Origin: Pelomyxa schiedti
Taxonomy: Eukaryota > Protista > Evosea
Assembly: GCA_020536535.1 (NCBI GenBank)
Contig: JAHLWZ010000583.1
Coordinates: 9,922 to 73,921, forward strand
Direction: 5' to 3'
DNA: 64,000 nt
The notes beneath the pieces were generated by a model. It searched no databases. It was not told where the DNA came from and saw only the letters and a list, made by a program, of their open reading frames with translations. Both the position numbers and the translations under genes were made by a program. Shown here in pieces: positions 1 through 12,951 of this stretch (its first letter is position 1; the number at the start of each line of letters is the position of its first letter).

Positions 1-461
1 GTCTCCTCGTTGATCAAATGAACCTTGGTGCCCCTTTCTTTGTTCATTTTGTTTTGTAAGTAACAAACAACAATGAGAAACGGGGAAGTACCAGCGAGGG
101 CGTCCCATAATTTGCGGGACACAGTGGTTTTACCACTAGCCGGTATCCCGCACGTAACCACTAGTGGCATCCACGAAAATTGTTATGGGAACATCAAAAA
201 AGGGGACACAAGCTGTGCCGGCAGGTAGAATGGGTTTGGATAGTGACCACCACACTGTGAGGTGTGCTGGGGTGTTGATGGTTGTTGTTTTACTTGTGTA
301 GTAAGGGAGAAATAAGCCCAAATACAATTGTAATGGTGTCGTAAAGGCACTAGAATCAGTTCTAGGTGTTGCTTGAATCTCCAGATTCACGGTAGTTTTC
401 CTAGTCAGTGCCTCATTAGCCACCACAAGGCAGTACCAAGCTTGTGTTCTTGTTGTCGGTC

Positions 462-2629
462 TCAGGTACCACGTCTACCATTGTGAGACTTGACAGCCTT
501 GATAGTGGCCTGGATGTGAAGGGGTGAGGACATGGCAATCTGCATTAGGTGTTCCTTGACATCGATGTTGGGGAACACACGCAGAATCATCTTCCACGTT
601 CGGAGAGACAGGGTGTGCTCTGGGCTATTCCATGGAAGCTGCTCCACAACAGAGGTGATCTTTTTTGGAGGGGTTGTTATTGAGAGAGCTAAGTAGGAAG
701 AATCGCCCACACCTCCTCCAAGGTAACATTGAACTTGTGGATCAACCACTCAGCACGGTTGGTCTTTCCTGCCCAGAGCAAGTCACGCAACAAACGGTTG
801 TCATTTGCCCTGACTTGCTTGCCATTCAAGTTGAACTCGTTGATCAACCACTTCACCACCTTCCCAGACTGCACTCCATACTTGTTGGCCAGCAAGCCCT
901 CAGCAACGTCTTCTGATGAGAACATGCCATGGGAAGTAAGAAGCTGCTTGGCCTGTGAAAGATTCCCAATGGAAATGACTTGCTCAACAGCAACTGGCCT
1001 GAGGTGAGGTGGAATTGGAATGTTGAAGATTCCCAACAAGAACAAAGAAGTCCTGCAACAACTGCACTGCAACTTGTTTGCCAGTGCTTCATGCACTTCA
1101 CTCGCACTGAAATTTCGAACTGCTGTTGCCTTTGATACGAACCACTGAACACCCTGGAAGGAGTTGGTGTTTGATAAAATTTCCCTTGTCATATCAGGAT
1201 CTGCATTCACACCTCCCATCACGTGGAAGGTATTCTCCAGCCAATCAGCAATGTCAATGTGAGCATGGCCAAGTGAGTAACTGAGGCACTCGTGAAGCTG
1301 TTGTGTTGTAAGTGTGAGTGGTTGTGCTGTTTTTTGTTGCCACAGGGCCCTCACAACTGGCTCACAGTCGATTAGCTCATTGGCGCATGCTCCAATGAAC
1401 ATACCAGCAGGAGTGCAATCAACCCCATCACCATCACCATCATCATCCAGAGTGGCTGTGCTGTTACTGTTGCAGAATGTCAGTAGCCACAGGAGGAGTT
1501 CCATGCTGTTTGAGCGTCGGAGGGCGTAGTACACATTATCCTTTGTTGGTGTGACATGGAAAGGTTTAACCACCCATTTGAAAGCCATCAGGTTGTCAAT
1601 GCAATCCCGGAGGTTTGGGGGAGTTCTCACTGGAAGTGAGTCTTTTATCCACTGACAACCTTCCTCCACGCCACTGTCATCACAACCTGAGGAAGAATAC
1701 CGAATGAATGACAGCAGTACTTCTTCTCCAAACCAAGAGTTCCTTTCCCCTCCACAGAGCCACTCAGTGCACAGCTTCACAACTTCAAAGCTTGGGGTAC
1801 CAAAAAAAGCGTCATTGGGCTTTCTCCTCATCTGAAGTGCAGTTCTGCAGGCAGCCACAGCATCAGTTGTGGATGCCAGCCACTTCAAAACAGCAGCATG
1901 GCCTCCTCTCACAGCAGCTTTGAATGGCTCAACGAGCTCCCATCCCTCACTTCCAACACCAAATGTTGACATCACCCACTTCACAGCCTCTACGTGGCCA
2001 CCTCGGCATGCATCCCACAGCAGGCTTTCAGTTATCATTGAAGTGGCATCCTTGATTTCGTCCATCAAGTCAGGGTCGGTTGTGGGCCATGACAGTGGAA
2101 TTCCCCTCCATGAGCCACAACCACTGCTCTGAATAAATTCTTGAGCCATCCCAATGTGACCCCCTGTTGCCAAAAAATTAAATTTTGTTTTCTGAGGTGA
2201 AATACTGTTAATTTTTATTGGAGCTGACACACCATAGCAGAGGCCCCTGATCACAGTGAGGCAGTCCTTTGTGTTGTTTCTTGTTTCCTTGGTTTGTAGT
2301 ATCCACCTCATGCACTTCACACTCCCTGCACGACCAGCGCACTTCAACGCCAAATAACGTGACGTGAAAAGCAACTGCATGTCGCCGTCCTCTTCGTCGG
2401 CGACGGCGTCGATGGACATCACGGCGCGGCAGGCTCGAGGGACAAGCGGGAACAGGGCCTCCGCGACACCGAGAACCCACACCCACTTGATTATGGGAAC
2501 GGCCGGCCACTGTCGCCCATTTACCAGGACGAATGGCACTATTACGTGCTCCCAAATTACCCGCGAAATGAGCAGCAAATGTGTCAATTCCCTGCCGTGT
2601 GTCGAGTCACCACCGTTCTGTGATGCCAT
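462..2629 (-). CDS. Ankyrin-repeat-like protein (expanded lineage-specific family), probably 2 short introns
   Basis: 647-aa ORF with degenerate ankyrin motifs ACRGGHVEAVKWV, AVRGGHAAVLKWL, SLGHAHIDIADWL; in-frame intron ~2165-2235 and an intron ~661-711 joining the 462-749 ORF. Confidence 0.7.
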
Positions 2630-3162
2630 CAATTCGCCGATTGTCTAAGCATTTTTCTGCTCTTTGTGGTCATTCTGAGAGCCACTCAAGTAAACTCAAA
2701 AACCTGGGGTCTTGTTGTTGCATCGGAGAGGACCAAGACAGTTGGCGTGGATGGCAAAACGGCCACGAAACATCATGGGTGTAGGCACAACAAGCGCCGC
2801 ACACACAGCTACATCAAGGTACCACAACCACTTCAAATCCACGAAACTGGACCCGTGTTAACCGTGTCGCATGCGACATTATAATGCTATGAATAACACA
2901 AATTGATGCTTTCGTTATACCACACAATTCAAATATAATACTAGTAAAATACTCAGTTGAAAGCTTCCACACCCCCACCACGAGTATTACCCCTAAATAG
3001 AAAAATACCTTACGTTCTGAACCATTCACCAACAATCAAAAAACCACAAGCCAAAAGTTTAGTTGGTGTCTACGTGGAGTTGTAGCAGTTTGTGTTTGTG
3101 TACAATTCTTTTATTCATTTATTTGTAGTGTTTATCCATTTCGGTTCTTCTCTTTACTACCT

Positions 3163-5349
3163 TCATGTCCTCTTTGCACTCCTCAGAGCATAGCCAAACA
3201 CAGCACCAGTTAGGAATATCAATGAGCCCCACGCAATGCGGTGGTATAGGCCCTCGTTCTCTCTTACTCTTGCTAGCATAGGTATTGATATTGGTCCTGT
3301 ATTTGTTGGGGTTGTTGTGATTATTGTTGGTGAGGAAGAGACTGGTGAGGTCTTATCCCGCATCAGGGTGATGATTTGGGTTTCTAGGTTGGAAACATGA
3401 GCATTCCTCTTTTGGAGTGTATCTGTGAGTTCTGTGCACCTCCCTTCAGCTGTTTGGAACCTGCCTGTGGCTTCTACGCATTGGCTCTTTGTTGTTTCTA
3501 GTTGTGTGTTGCATTTTGTATATTGCCTCTTCAGTTCCGAAATGCCTCTCTCTGCTTGCTTAACTTTCTCCGCTTCCTCGGCAAGTGCTTTCCTCAGTGA
3601 GGATATTTCAGAAGTACAGTTTCCGGCACATTTGGTGTGTGGGGGAGAGGCTGATGATACACGCTTCTTGAGATCCTCCAGTTCTTTGAGGACTGTTGCG
3701 TGCTCATTTTCATAGGCTTCAACCTCTTCTGCATGGGAAGCTTGTTGTGCCGCTAGCTTGGACTTGAGTTCCGCATTTTCTTTTTCCAAAACAGTGATCC
3801 TCGGGGAGAAGTTGGATAATTCCGTGTCAGATAAGTGCTGCTCCAAGTCCAGTGCTTCAGCTAATCTGGGTGGTTGGTGAGTAAAGGAAAGTTCATGGAG
3901 TCGGTACCCATAAACAGGGGTGCTTCCGGGTGTTGGAGGTGATTGCTGGTTCCACATTGCAGCTAGTTACAGTATTATTAGTTAGAGTTACCGAAAATGT
4001 ACCTATATACCTGGGGGAGACATCTTTGTGAGTGTGGCCTAATCAAAATTAGAAATATTTTTTTGGAGAAAAAAGTACTAACTTTCTGTCTGATAGGTTT
4101 TGTGGAGGCTTTTGTGGCAGCGGGGGCTTTCCCAAGAATGTGGTAAATTTTGGCAAGAAAAATAACTAAAGCTTGCGAATCGGCTCCTCTTGCAATATCT
4201 TCCGCTGTCAATAAAAGAGGAACACCTTTCATGGCAGTAAATAAGAGTTTGGAAACCTTGGTGCAATTTACCGGCTTGTTCCAACACTGAGAACACAAAT
4301 TTCAGTATAGCGGCAGGTGTCCCCTTTTCAATGTCAAAGAAGGTTGGTTAAAAATTAGGCACTCAACCTCAATAAAGGCCTTAATGTCAACTTTGTCACC
4401 TTTGTGTGCACAAATCAAGGACAACATCGCACGCCCATCACACCAACTGTACCATTAATGTTACAACACACCGATAAGCGGGAGTGGAGAGCGAGCCTTG
4501 GGCTTGTTAAATCCTTGACTACAACATTTGGAATCACTTGAGAACTTTCCTGGCACCATGATAAAAGTGCATCTTCTCCTTTCATACCTATGGCCAATGG
4601 TTATACAAGTAGCATGAGGATCATTCCAACTGGAAAAGGTTACAGAAGCTACATCAACGAGGTGAATCATGTGCCATAATAGCTTCAGGTACCAATCAGA
4701 TTGGCGCTGCATTTCTAGAGTATTCCTTAGTATCAGGAAAAAGGAAAGAAAAAAACAAACCTTGCACAGGAACTTCAGGGATTGGTTCTCCGAGTTTCCT
4801 TAAAGCATCAACTACAAGCTGAAGATTGTTTCTGGAATCCACCTCATTAGGGGATTGGATTATGAAGGCAGAGATTTCTTTAGCAGCATCAGCCATAAAT
4901 TTCTCAAACAACTGTGGATTGGTACCCAGTTAGCTGAACCATTACAAACAAACAAGGTCACATACAGCATAAAACAGCAACCCAGATTTGAGCACATCAG
5001 CAAGCCACTCTCCCTCAACTTCCCCAGGCTTCCCTAAATTATGTCATAGGGAAAAAAACAAACCAAATTACTGCAGTGTATTAATACGACGGTATTTGTT
5101 TAATATCTTTAGTGGTGCCGTAGAAAAACAAACCAAGAGGAGGAATCAAAGAAGCCTTGCTACTCGGTACACAACTCCGAACCCACTTTCCAAATGCCTA
5201 AAAAAAAAAAAAAAAAAAGCTGGTTAGAAGAAACCAAACAGTAAGAATGAACAATAACAACAAACACACACCGCCTGCCTCTGCTGCATGTTTGTTGTAC
5301 TACCCCCACCAACAACGGCACTGGTACTACTGCTACTACTTGTACTCAT
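3163..5349 (-). CDS. Tandem calponin-homology (CH-CH) actin-binding protein with coiled coil and C-terminal transmembrane anchor
   Basis: Spliced reading gives QQRQAAFGKWVRS (CH1) and GEDALLSWCQ...DLTSPSWCDGRAMLSLI (CH2); last exon is coiled coil followed by IAWGSLIFLTGAVFGYAL-RSAKRT*. Confidence 0.75.
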
Positions 5350-5617
5350 TCAATCTGTCACTGACTGACTTGCTTGTGTGTGAGTACCCCTCGAGATCCC
5401 AATCGACACAACCCCCCCCACAGTAGTTGATCTTTGATCAGCCGAAAAACCAATTGTTTTTCGCAACCTCAGCGTGGTGGTGCACGGGTCGAGAGGTTGG
5501 TTTGGGTGGGTTTGACTTGGTTTAGCAGAACGAACACAACCTTGTGCTTGTATAAACATTGTGGTGCTGTTACATTTACAATACTTGAGGGACTAGCCTG
5601 TCATTGCAACTGCACCA

Positions 5618-6632
5618 ATGGTGTGCTTTTAGTTTTGGGTGTGGCTGGGGAGACCCACATGTGCATTTTTTTTTTCTTTTTTCAACCACTAAAAAAAAAC
5701 GTTGTGAATTTGCTTACACAAACAACAACACAAAGAAATTGTTTCAGGTTCTATTTGGGGGAGGTGGTAGCCGTGCACTATCGCGGGACGTGAGACTGTT
5801 GATACTGGGGCTGGACAACGCGGGCAAAACCACTATACTAAGGTCACTGTCAAACGAGGCCATCCAGAACGTGCAGCCCACCAGGGGCTTCAATGTCAAG
5901 TCACTCAGGCACGGCAACTTCAAGCTCGATGTCTGGGACATTGGTGGTATGCGGTTTGGTTTCTGTTGTTTGTTTCTTGTTTATGGTATATCTTATGAAA
6001 CTATTCTCTGAATAGTCGAAACCTTATTTATTTGCCCTCTGTTTTTATGAACATCCCTCACTCCTGCTTTGTTCTTACATTATAAATAATGGGTGATTAG
6101 GACACTCTGCTATAAGACCTTACTGGCGAAATTATGTATTTACCACCTCTTCTTATTGACTTCACCTTACTCCTTACTAGTACAGTGGCGTTGATGGACT
6201 GGTAAACAAATATCGAACACTACCAAAACAATTTATCAACAAACCCCACGCAAACAGTGTTACTCACGCCATAACAGATATATGTTGTTGACAGCACCGA
6301 TGATACTCGCCTAATTGAAACGGGTGCTGAGTTTGGAGAAATCCTCACTGACCCCAAACTGACTGATGTACCAGTTCTGGTGTTTGCTAACAAACAAGAC
6401 CTCCCGAGTGCTCTCCCCGCTTCTCAGGTGTGCATTTTGTTTGTGCCGGAAAGCGAAAACTATATAATTTAGCTCCATAAATTCAATCTCACCTTTGAGT
6501 TAGGTTGCAGAAGCTCTGCAGCTTCACCTTGTAAGAGACCACATGTGGCAAATAGAAGGGTGCTCAGCAAAGACCGGTGCCAGGCTAAAAGAGGGCCTGG
6601 AGTGGCTTTTGCAGAATTTGAAAAGGACCTAA
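5618..6632 (+). CDS. ARL3: Arf-like small GTPase, ARL3/ARL2 type (start codon uncertain)
   Basis: LILGLDNAGKTT, PTRGFNVKS, VWDIGG-HSAIRPYWRNY, VFANKQD, WQIEGCSAK across GT-AG introns. Confidence 0.8.
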
Positions 6633-6726
6633 GTTCTCCTTATCTGTTCATAATGCGGAATACAAAGAGAAAGATGTTGAAAAACAAGGGATTTCTTTCT
6701 TATTAATAAAAGAGGGGCAAAGTCTA

Positions 6727-9132
6727 TCAGTTGATTTGCTTCTTGTATCCTTTGGGTCTCCGGCAGAAAATAATCGCCAAGGCAGTTGACACAACAACTA
6801 CCTAAGTAACTTAGCGTTTTGGGGCGGGATTTTGTTTTCTACCAAGACTACAGCTACAGCTGCTATTATGAAAAGTACTATGTCCAGGGTGCTTAGTCCG
6901 TTGTCTTCGGATGATGTTGCACCACCTGAAAGGTTGGTGGGTTAAACTTGGATGAGTGGAGTGATACAATTGTTCTGGAAACAGAAGCACCACTCCGGTA
7001 TAGAAGAATTTAAATCGAAACAGTTTCCAGATACGTCACTGAAATAGATTAATTAAGGGAGAACAACAAAAAAGTTTACCATTCAGCAATTCGCTTTCCA
7101 TACAGTGCTGTAGGGATGGTGCCAGTGAACTGATTGGTATCTAAGTACCTACGGTGAAAATTATGGGGGAGAAAAGTGACGAGTGGAGGTGTACAGTGAA
7201 ACCAGTTCTAAATGACTAAGATCTGGTACACTTCCCGAAAACTTATTGCCTGTAACGGCCCTAAAAACTGTGAAAAACTCAATTGAAATTAGAGAGGCGG
7301 TTACAGGACTTTCAAGTTGACAAGGTCCACAATAGAAGCAGGAAGTGAGCCCTCAAACTGGTTGAAGGATATAATTCTGAGAAACATTACACAACGAGAG
7401 AAAACTAGTTTCTTACAGATCTCGCATGCGAGAATTGCGACTGAGATCAGGTAGCGGACCTGTAAATAAGTTGTTGGCTAAATTCCTGAATTTCAGTTAC
7501 AAGGATCATTTAAAACAGTTGTGTGTACAAAGATTCAAGCTTGCTAAATCCTTGAAAAGATGGGAGTGGCCCAGAGAGTTTATTGTATTGTAACCCTCTA
7601 AGGAAATAAAAAAGAGGAAGCAAGAAGCAACGGGAGCATACACAACTTCAAGATTCAACAAGTTATCCCAGCAATCTGGAAGTGCCCCACTGAGCGAATT
7701 GCCACTCAAGAACCTTCAAGGTTTAGAATGAAATGTCGGTAAACAGGTCTCACATAATTCGGGTTGCAGTCAGTTGGCAGATTTCCGTGGGAATGGTTCC
7801 AGTGAGGTTATTATCCGATATGCCACTGAAGGGTTTAGTTGTAATTTTCTTGTGCCTGCATACAATATAATAGCTCCCATCTGTCCAATTGCAGTGGAAA
7901 TTGTTCCTTGGAGGTTATTTGCATCCAGCTCTCTTAATGAGGTTACTCACTGTCACATTTGAGGGATCATACAAAGATGTAAGACTTGTTAGTGTCCACA
8001 AAGAATCGGGGATTGTTCCTTGCAACTCGTTTGTGCACATGTCCCTGGGAGTCGTTAAGGGAAAGAAAGGAAAATTCAATGCATATACATGAAAGTTAGT
8101 TTTGTAAGTCTGGAAACATCAGGTAACGTGCTTGACAGCTGATTATGACATGCACTCCTAGAGGACAATAAGTAATTTAAATAATGCGAATAAGAAATAC
8201 CAATATGTCAGCCAGTCCATCTCCCCAAATGCTGAAGGAAGGGCAGTGAAGTGGTTCCCGTTGAGTGTGCTATTGATCTTATCACTAAAGAATAATTTGA
8301 GGAAGGACCCACTATCTCGCCAGGGAAGTTAATGTAGAAACACAGTCAGGAATGGGTCCAGTAAAGTCGTTTTCAGCAACATTCCTATGGAAAGGGTCAA
8401 CACAGATTCGACACTAAAGGGTTCGAACAAATCGGTTAAAGTCGGCATCTCACAGACAAAATCAAGTGGGCCAACCAACCCGTTCCTGTGGATATCCCTG
8501 AAAAAAATGTGAGATTACACCGCGGAGAAAAGTGTACAGTTTAGTGAGTGGTGGATCGACTAATGTCAGTGGCGGATAACCACTAATCATATTCAGTGAG
8601 AGGACTCTTGCTAAATATAAGAATCGAAGGTGAAGGAATGGGAAACAAACAAAGATGTGAGACTGGTGAGTTTATCTAAGCAATCGGGGATGGCGTCATG
8701 TATCAAGTTGTTTTCGAAATTACTGATGTCCATTAGTAAGACGCGAAAGTGGTGGAATGGCTACAGGGAAGTCAAGGAGGACAAATTGCAAATAGATGGA
8801 GGGATAGAACCAAGCATCTCGTCATTCAGTAAGTCTCTATTCCAAGAATGAGAGGAAGAAGGAAAAGGGGGAAAAAAAAGAGAACTGTACATTTTCTCTA
8901 TCACAGGAGAATGACCCTTGGTGCAAGTGACACCAGGTGGCGCAGCGTCACCACAGGGATCAGTCGTGTTGTAGTACCCATTGCAAGGGTCGTACACACC
9001 CCTCCACGACAGCGGGTTGAGCTCGGTCTTTATGTCGCACAATGCGGATATCGTCACATCAGTGTAGTCACCTCTGCACACGCCAACTACGATCCCCAGC
9101 ACCAACAACGACACGCCGGAAACACGACACAT
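6727..9132 (-). CDS. Leucine-rich-repeat receptor-like membrane protein (signal peptide, Cys cap, many LRRs, one TM, short tail)
   Basis: MCRVSGVSLLVLGIVVGVCRG signal; LGSIPPSICNLSSLTSL and SGNSLSGALPDCWDNLLNL repeats, roughly one per exon; TM IVLFIIAAVAVVLVVVVSTALAIIFC then RRPKGYKKQIN*. Confidence 0.8.
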
Positions 9133-9457
9133 GTGCAAGATCTTCCACAGCGGCAAGGAGGGCAGTTTGTTGTTTGTTTTGAAAAAAAAAATCGAAGAAA
9201 CAGTTACACGGTTGCAACGGTTGAATGTCATCAGTCGATGAGTAGTGAATCCATCATCTGAAAGATTGAATGTGGAACACAAGTATGGATTGATTCGTAC
9301 TGGGGTTTGTCGGCTGTGCCAACAGCAGCTTTTTGTTGCTTCAAGCTGATCAGATTTCGTGGAATGGAAGTTGAATAACCTTGTTCAACGGAGGCGAAAA
9401 AGAAACAAACTTCAAAGGGCCAAGCGCAACGCGGATCGGATCTCGGCATCAACAGCA

Positions 9458-10853
9458 ATGAGCGCAAACGACGTCAAGGTGAGTTGTGTTTGACAAGAAA
9501 ACTTTATTTAGAGATACAGTTTTTTTTTTAACTGTGGGCTCAGGTACACGTCCGAAAGCCGATCGAAATTACACGCGCGAAAACGTGTTGTACGTCGCCT
9601 GTTGATTGCGTTAACGCCGCGAGGCCGACTACCGAGCGGATGGCTAAGCTCCACGCTAAAAAACACATACTCATGCAAAATACGAGAACAAATGACGTGG
9701 AAGAGGACGCGCCCCCTCGGCGTATGTTTCTGCTAAGCAACTACTAAGAAATGCATGCGTGATATGATAACATTGACACATTTTTTTTTTTTTGCAGCGG
9801 CGATAAGAGTGACGATAAGAAGAAATCTAAGGCCGCTTAACAACACTTCACAAACGCAAACTGTGCCTGTCCGGTTACACACTAACGAGCAGGTACAACA
9901 CAACACTTGCACAACACCGCAGCAAGTAAAGAAATCCAGTTCCCGTTCAGTCTCACCACCTCTCCGGGACGTTTCTCCGCCACCAGTTAAGCGGTGTGCA
10001 ACACCGAATTGTGGTAATCAGCAATAATACGCACACCTCTAAACCTTCTTATTTCCCATAGGTGCTCCCTCTCGCACAAAAAGACCCAGGACCGATCCTC
10101 TTGTACTTCAATGTAAACAATCACATGTTTAGTTTCCCTAACTTATTTTCCTTCCCCTCAGCTCAACTTGCTTCCCTACGAGATGAAAGAGAATCGATCA
10201 CTTCTCAAATAAAAGCCCTGATAAACTTGCCACAGCAGGCCCGTACCCCGTCCACTTTACGTCAGATCCAAAAATTAAATGGTATTCGTTTGAACCAAGT
10301 CTTGCATACCAACCTTATCATAGAGGATGACGAATGGCTATTTGCAGAAAGCACACTACTTAACTGGATGTTGCAAGGAACACAGTCAGACCAAAATCGC
10401 CCGACCACTATCCAGCAATCACAAGAACAACCGTCACCCCCAGCACCCTCTACACCCTCCACTCCCCCTTCTACCCCACCCACGATTAATTCCTCTCCGG
10501 CTCAGAATACCATCACACATTCCCCGACACAGTCTAGTTCGCCGACATGTAATTCTTCATTAGCTACTCCTTCCACAACACCCTCACCATCTTCACCAGA
10601 CACACCAAACTCACCAACAAACCTCCCACCGGACTGTGACTTCGCGTCACCGCAGCCAAACACACCAAATCACCACAACCACTACCCCGCATCCAGCCCA
10701 GCCACACTGTTTGCACCGCCCGCCCTTCCGCACCCCACCGCTTCGATCCCCAGCATAACCGCACAGTTGGCCAACTCGTGCTGTGGTGTTGTCATGCTAC
10801 CTCCTCCACCTCCTCACTGGGCCCTTGTTCCATTCCCCCCATCACACAACTAA
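9458..10853 (+). CDS. Hypothetical protein, Pro/Ser/Thr-rich C-terminus, 4 introns
   Basis: Continuous spliced frame from MSANDVK through four GT-AG introns into the 10062-10853 ORF. Confidence 0.55.
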
Positions 10854-11318
10854 AACCACCCAACCAATTGCATATACACACCACGCACAATCCGGCTAGC
10901 CCCGGAGATAGATACCCGCAGTACCAGCACACAACAGCAAGCAAGAAGAAGTGTCTTTTGAGAGGGCAGAAGTTTTGTTGAATTCAACAATGCTACACCT
11001 TTTCTTCTCTCTTTCGTTTGATAGTAGATGAAATTTCCTCTCGTTTTCCAGGATAACAGAAGGGGGATGCGAAAAAGTAGCACCGTCAACCCCAGAAAGG
11101 CAGTCAATCACTCACAGTCACAAAACGGTCGTTACGATCTACGGGAGTTTTCAACGCCTTTTAAACAAAAAGAAAGATGGAAGTGGCGTACTGTAAAAGC
11201 CCGGCGCGAATGCCAATACGATAACTACCAAACCACGAAACAAAAAAGAAACACAAAACAGACAACACAACACAACGTGCGTGGGGCTGAGATCTGGGGA
11301 AAAAGACGTTTGTTTTGT

Positions 11319-12872
11319 ATGGATAACCAGAAGTTGTCGTTGTCGTTTCTGTGTTCACAACAGCAGCAACAACGTTCCTCATCCCAGCAACCACCGCGTT
11401 TACAACAGCAGGTACAATACACTTCGTTACCCGACATAATATATTGGTGTATATTATATTATTGTTGTTTGCATAGGCCAAACTCACTTTGGCTTATCAG
11501 GCGCCATCTAATCAAGGGCAGACGGGATGCGGTCTTAATGCCTTAGGAATACAATACTTCCTCGAGGCAATCAGAGCAGGGCAACTGAAGGCACCTTCAC
11601 AAGTTTACCTTGAGCAAGTCAGCCACCCCACTCAGGACCGCAGTTCCAGCGACTGCCCGCCGGAACTGTATCGACCAGTCAAAAACTGGGAGGAACAATA
11701 CGTCGTTGCGGCACTTCGCCAACGCGAAGATGAGCGGGAGAACAATGCCCAAAATACAACTCCGGCACCTCCTGTCACTAAGGACGTTCCTTCAGGCCAT
11801 ACGGCTTCCCAACAAGAAATGCTCACAGTACAAACTCGGAACTCCCCACAAAACTCCCCCTCTGCGGAGGCCGGAAAGCCTCCCACACCTCCAACACCCG
11901 CGCCTCCCCCTGTATCAAGCGAATCTCCGAGGCAACAGGAGGAAACGCCAAGATCGTCGCCGGAAGAAGATACGGAAGATGGAGCTGCACGGCAAACTCC
12001 TACTCAGAACCGAAAGCGCAGACAGAAAAAATCTACTTCCCAGGGCGATGGGTCACCCCCAAATGGAGCTGACCTTCACCGGCAAATGGTAAAATATGGG
12101 GCTAAAATGTTTGAAAGGGACTCTGAAGGCAGATACCGATGCTTCTTTGAACATTGCTCTCTTACAATGACAAATAACTTCTCAAGGCACATCCACGGCG
12201 TATGTTTTATTGTATGAGTTTTCCCGGCATCTAATCTCCCTCTAGCACGAACAAAGAGGAGATGCAATCAAGCCGCATCTGAGGAATTGTATCAATCCTT
12301 CCTCCCGAGAGCTCTGCTTTATTGACCAAACACACGGAGCTTGGGAGCGTAAATTGTCCTTGTCCCACACAATGCACAACCTTCCCCCACCCCAACCAAA
12401 AAAGAAAAACACCACAATCACAATTACAACCAGCAACACAACTTCAGTCACCATAGATTCGCCCTGCCCTCCTGTGACAGTAACCACAACAACCACAACA
12501 AGCCACCACCCCACACTTCCATCCCCCACCACCCGGCAGCATAACCGGGAGCCCACACACAAAAGATCCAGAACTCCCTCCACCGAACTCCTGTCACACT
12601 CTCCACCGAACCCACCCTCGCAGCTACAGCAACCACCGCAACACTCGACACAAGCCTTCCCATCACCCCCTACACCAGAAAACAACTCGACAATCCCGCA
12701 TCAACAGTCTCTTGATGCAGACTTACAGGACCTCCTTCAACAATGCCGGAGCCAAGACTCCAATACAACAATCACACTGACACCCGCTCTCAAACTGGCT
12801 CTCGGTAAGTTCGCCGAAGATATGAAGCAACAGCAACAGCAACAAACCCCCACACATAACAGCACCCACTAA
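11319..12872 (+). CDS. Low-complexity nuclear protein with a single C2H2-type zinc finger
   Basis: YRCFFEHCSLTMTNNFSRHIHG-HE completed across an intron; basic NLS-like RKRRQKK. Confidence 0.65.
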
Positions 12873-12951
12873 AAGCAGCACCAGAATCAAAGTACTATAG
12901 TCAATACTATCAAGAGTGTACAATTAATAAACCTGTTTTTTCCCTACTTTT

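Noticed and set aside
136-426. 96-aa minus-strand ORF
   Set aside because: Non-ATG start and no recognisable motif; may be UTR or a fragment of a gene outside the window.
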